DNA from: Phoronis australis
Taxonomy: Eukaryota; Animalia; Phoronida
NCBI GenBank assembly: GCA_002633005.1
Contig: NMRA01000908.1
Location: forward strand, 38,276 to 102,275
Length of the DNA stretch: 64,000 nucleotides
Direction: 5' to 3'
The notes below the pieces were generated by a model. That model made no database searches, was not told the DNA's origin, and worked only from the letters and a program-made list of their open reading frames with translations. The stretch's first letter is position 1. Each line of letters starts with the position of its first letter. The position numbers and the translations under genes are program-made. Shown in pieces: positions 62,351-64,000 of this stretch.

Positions 62351-64000
62351 CTGAAAACATTACACGTCTTATAGTACGTATAAGTTGAAACAGCATTGAG
62401 CAATGAATTAAGATCCGTCCCACGAGAAAATCAAATGAAATAAAAAATCACTCTAGGGATCATCTTTCAGATTCAGCTTAAATTTTGTTTATGTGATTGT
62501 GATGTGGCTATGATACAAGAATTACCGATGTTGAACTTCTTTGCCTCATGCTGTTTTCCTATAGGCCTTTGAAGGTTCACGAACAAAATGAGACCTGTTG
62601 TATACTGAAAACAGCAATTTCCATCATAAAAAACAACTAAATTGCATGCATTGAAGGAAAACAAATTATGGGAGTAGGAAGTGGGACATAAGGACTACCA
62701 AATAAAATCGATACTAATAATTTCGCTGCATTTATCACGTGACAGGGGAGATAAGGGCAGAGGAACGTTTTTGCAGTGTTGAAAGTGGGTGTCACTCAAG
62801 TGCTTCTACAAGTCCGTGTGCGGAACTGTGAACATTGAATGATATTGGATGTGAGAGCAAACTTAAGAAACTTGTCAAATGGACATTTTTCATTTTTTGT
62901 TGAAAAATTTCGTATTCCTCACTTCTTTACGAAATGTTTCGTGACTTCATTACACTTAAAATGGTTTCAAGCAGAACAAAATAATGAGCATCGACATTTT
63001 ATAGACCATAATGCTGTCTTAGATATTCACACACATTTCACCCCTTAAGAGTTCATAGCTGACCGTGGGTCAAAGGTTACGCTGGCACTGGTGTTTACAC
63101 ATTTGCCTTGGACCATTACCCAAAACGGTTGGTGCCCTTGGAGACAATTTGTAGGCTGACATAAATAATTCATGTGATATTAAATGAAATATTCCGAATC
63201 GTGCACTATTTCAAGGCTATATACCTTATATTTAGAAGCAATTCTTTTAAATTAAGGTTGGTGTCCACATGAAGCTGACGAACCGCTTTGAAGACGAAGG
63301 ACTACAAAAAATGGCCTTATATTCCGGGTAGTAAGATAATTATTGACCCCATAAGAGCTCGTTACCTTTTAAAGAAAGCATTCTCCACGAAATCACTGCT
63401 TTCTGCCCATGTTATTTGGAAGAAATGACGCACCAAATATATGCAGCATTCCCCCCAAGAACAGGACAAAGACAAAAGTTCGAGCGCAGGCACACTTATC
63501 AGCCGCTAGAGGTTGAACTAAATAAACATGGTGGGCGTCTAACAAGCACTTCCGAAACAACTGAAAGCATGTCAATTTCAGAGTGCTTTGCGTCTTATTT
63601 TATGTTCGATGACAACACCTTCACTGGTTACATTTGTTAACAGTGACACCAATAAACACCATTAGCGCATCCAGATTAACCTAATTCAATCAACACCATT
63701 CACAACGGAATTTCACCATTCACATGTGTATTCTCGTTTGGCCACTGTCTCACAGCATGAACAGAACGCTTACATCTATTAGCAACAATAGACAGAGTTC
63801 TCCACTAGCAGAATGGCAGGAGGTACAAGTAAAATAGATCAACCTTTCCAATGTCTTTCGAATTTCCTTTTGCTCCACTTAATCATCAAGTACAATTCCA
63901 CACACACGCTAGTCACGTAGCCCTTCGGTTGGCCGGTTAGGGGCTACAATACTTCCCATCGGTATAGCTGTACGAATTTCGTCCCGTGTATTTTAAACGG

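Noticed and set aside
63416-63640. 74-aa ORF with protein-like composition
   Set aside because: Short, with no domain and no convincing splice sites. It cannot be supported without a search.

Overview
AT-rich, repeat-dense eukaryotic genomic DNA from a draft assembly. The gene and transposon repertoire and the apparent heterozygosity suggest a marine invertebrate. One intact protein-coding gene is supported: a family-B (Methuselah-/adhesion-like) 7TM GPCR with an N-terminal somatomedin-B domain and no GPS motif. Its large coding exon is 43431-45586, and its signal-peptide exon appears to sit 17.5 kb upstream (25888-25942, splice phases match, 736 aa). Downstream lie a decayed otopetrin-like proton-channel gene (about 51.7-53.8 kb, minus), a 5'-truncated CR1/L2-group LINE (58.3-60.8 kb) and an inverted, disabled paralog of the GPCR exon (about 61.8-62.35 kb). 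The rest is layered mobile DNA. It includes a Penelope-like remnant with a mutated minimal hammerhead ribozyme and a solo LTR carrying a cluster of heat-shock elements split by a nested MITE. There are also three Kolobok/THAP relics, a 7.8-kb TAG...CTA element with a 140/280-bp higher-order repeat and nested insertions, hAT and Harbinger MITEs, a Helentron-like element and a tRNA-derived SINE. Three tandem 'duplications' have a single N at their junction and are probably unmerged haplotypes. I see no clearly new biological system. The best leads are the HSE-rich LTR upstream of the GPCR, the hidden otopetrin relic and the GPS-less SMB-GPCR. All calls come from reading the sequence by eye; no searches were run.
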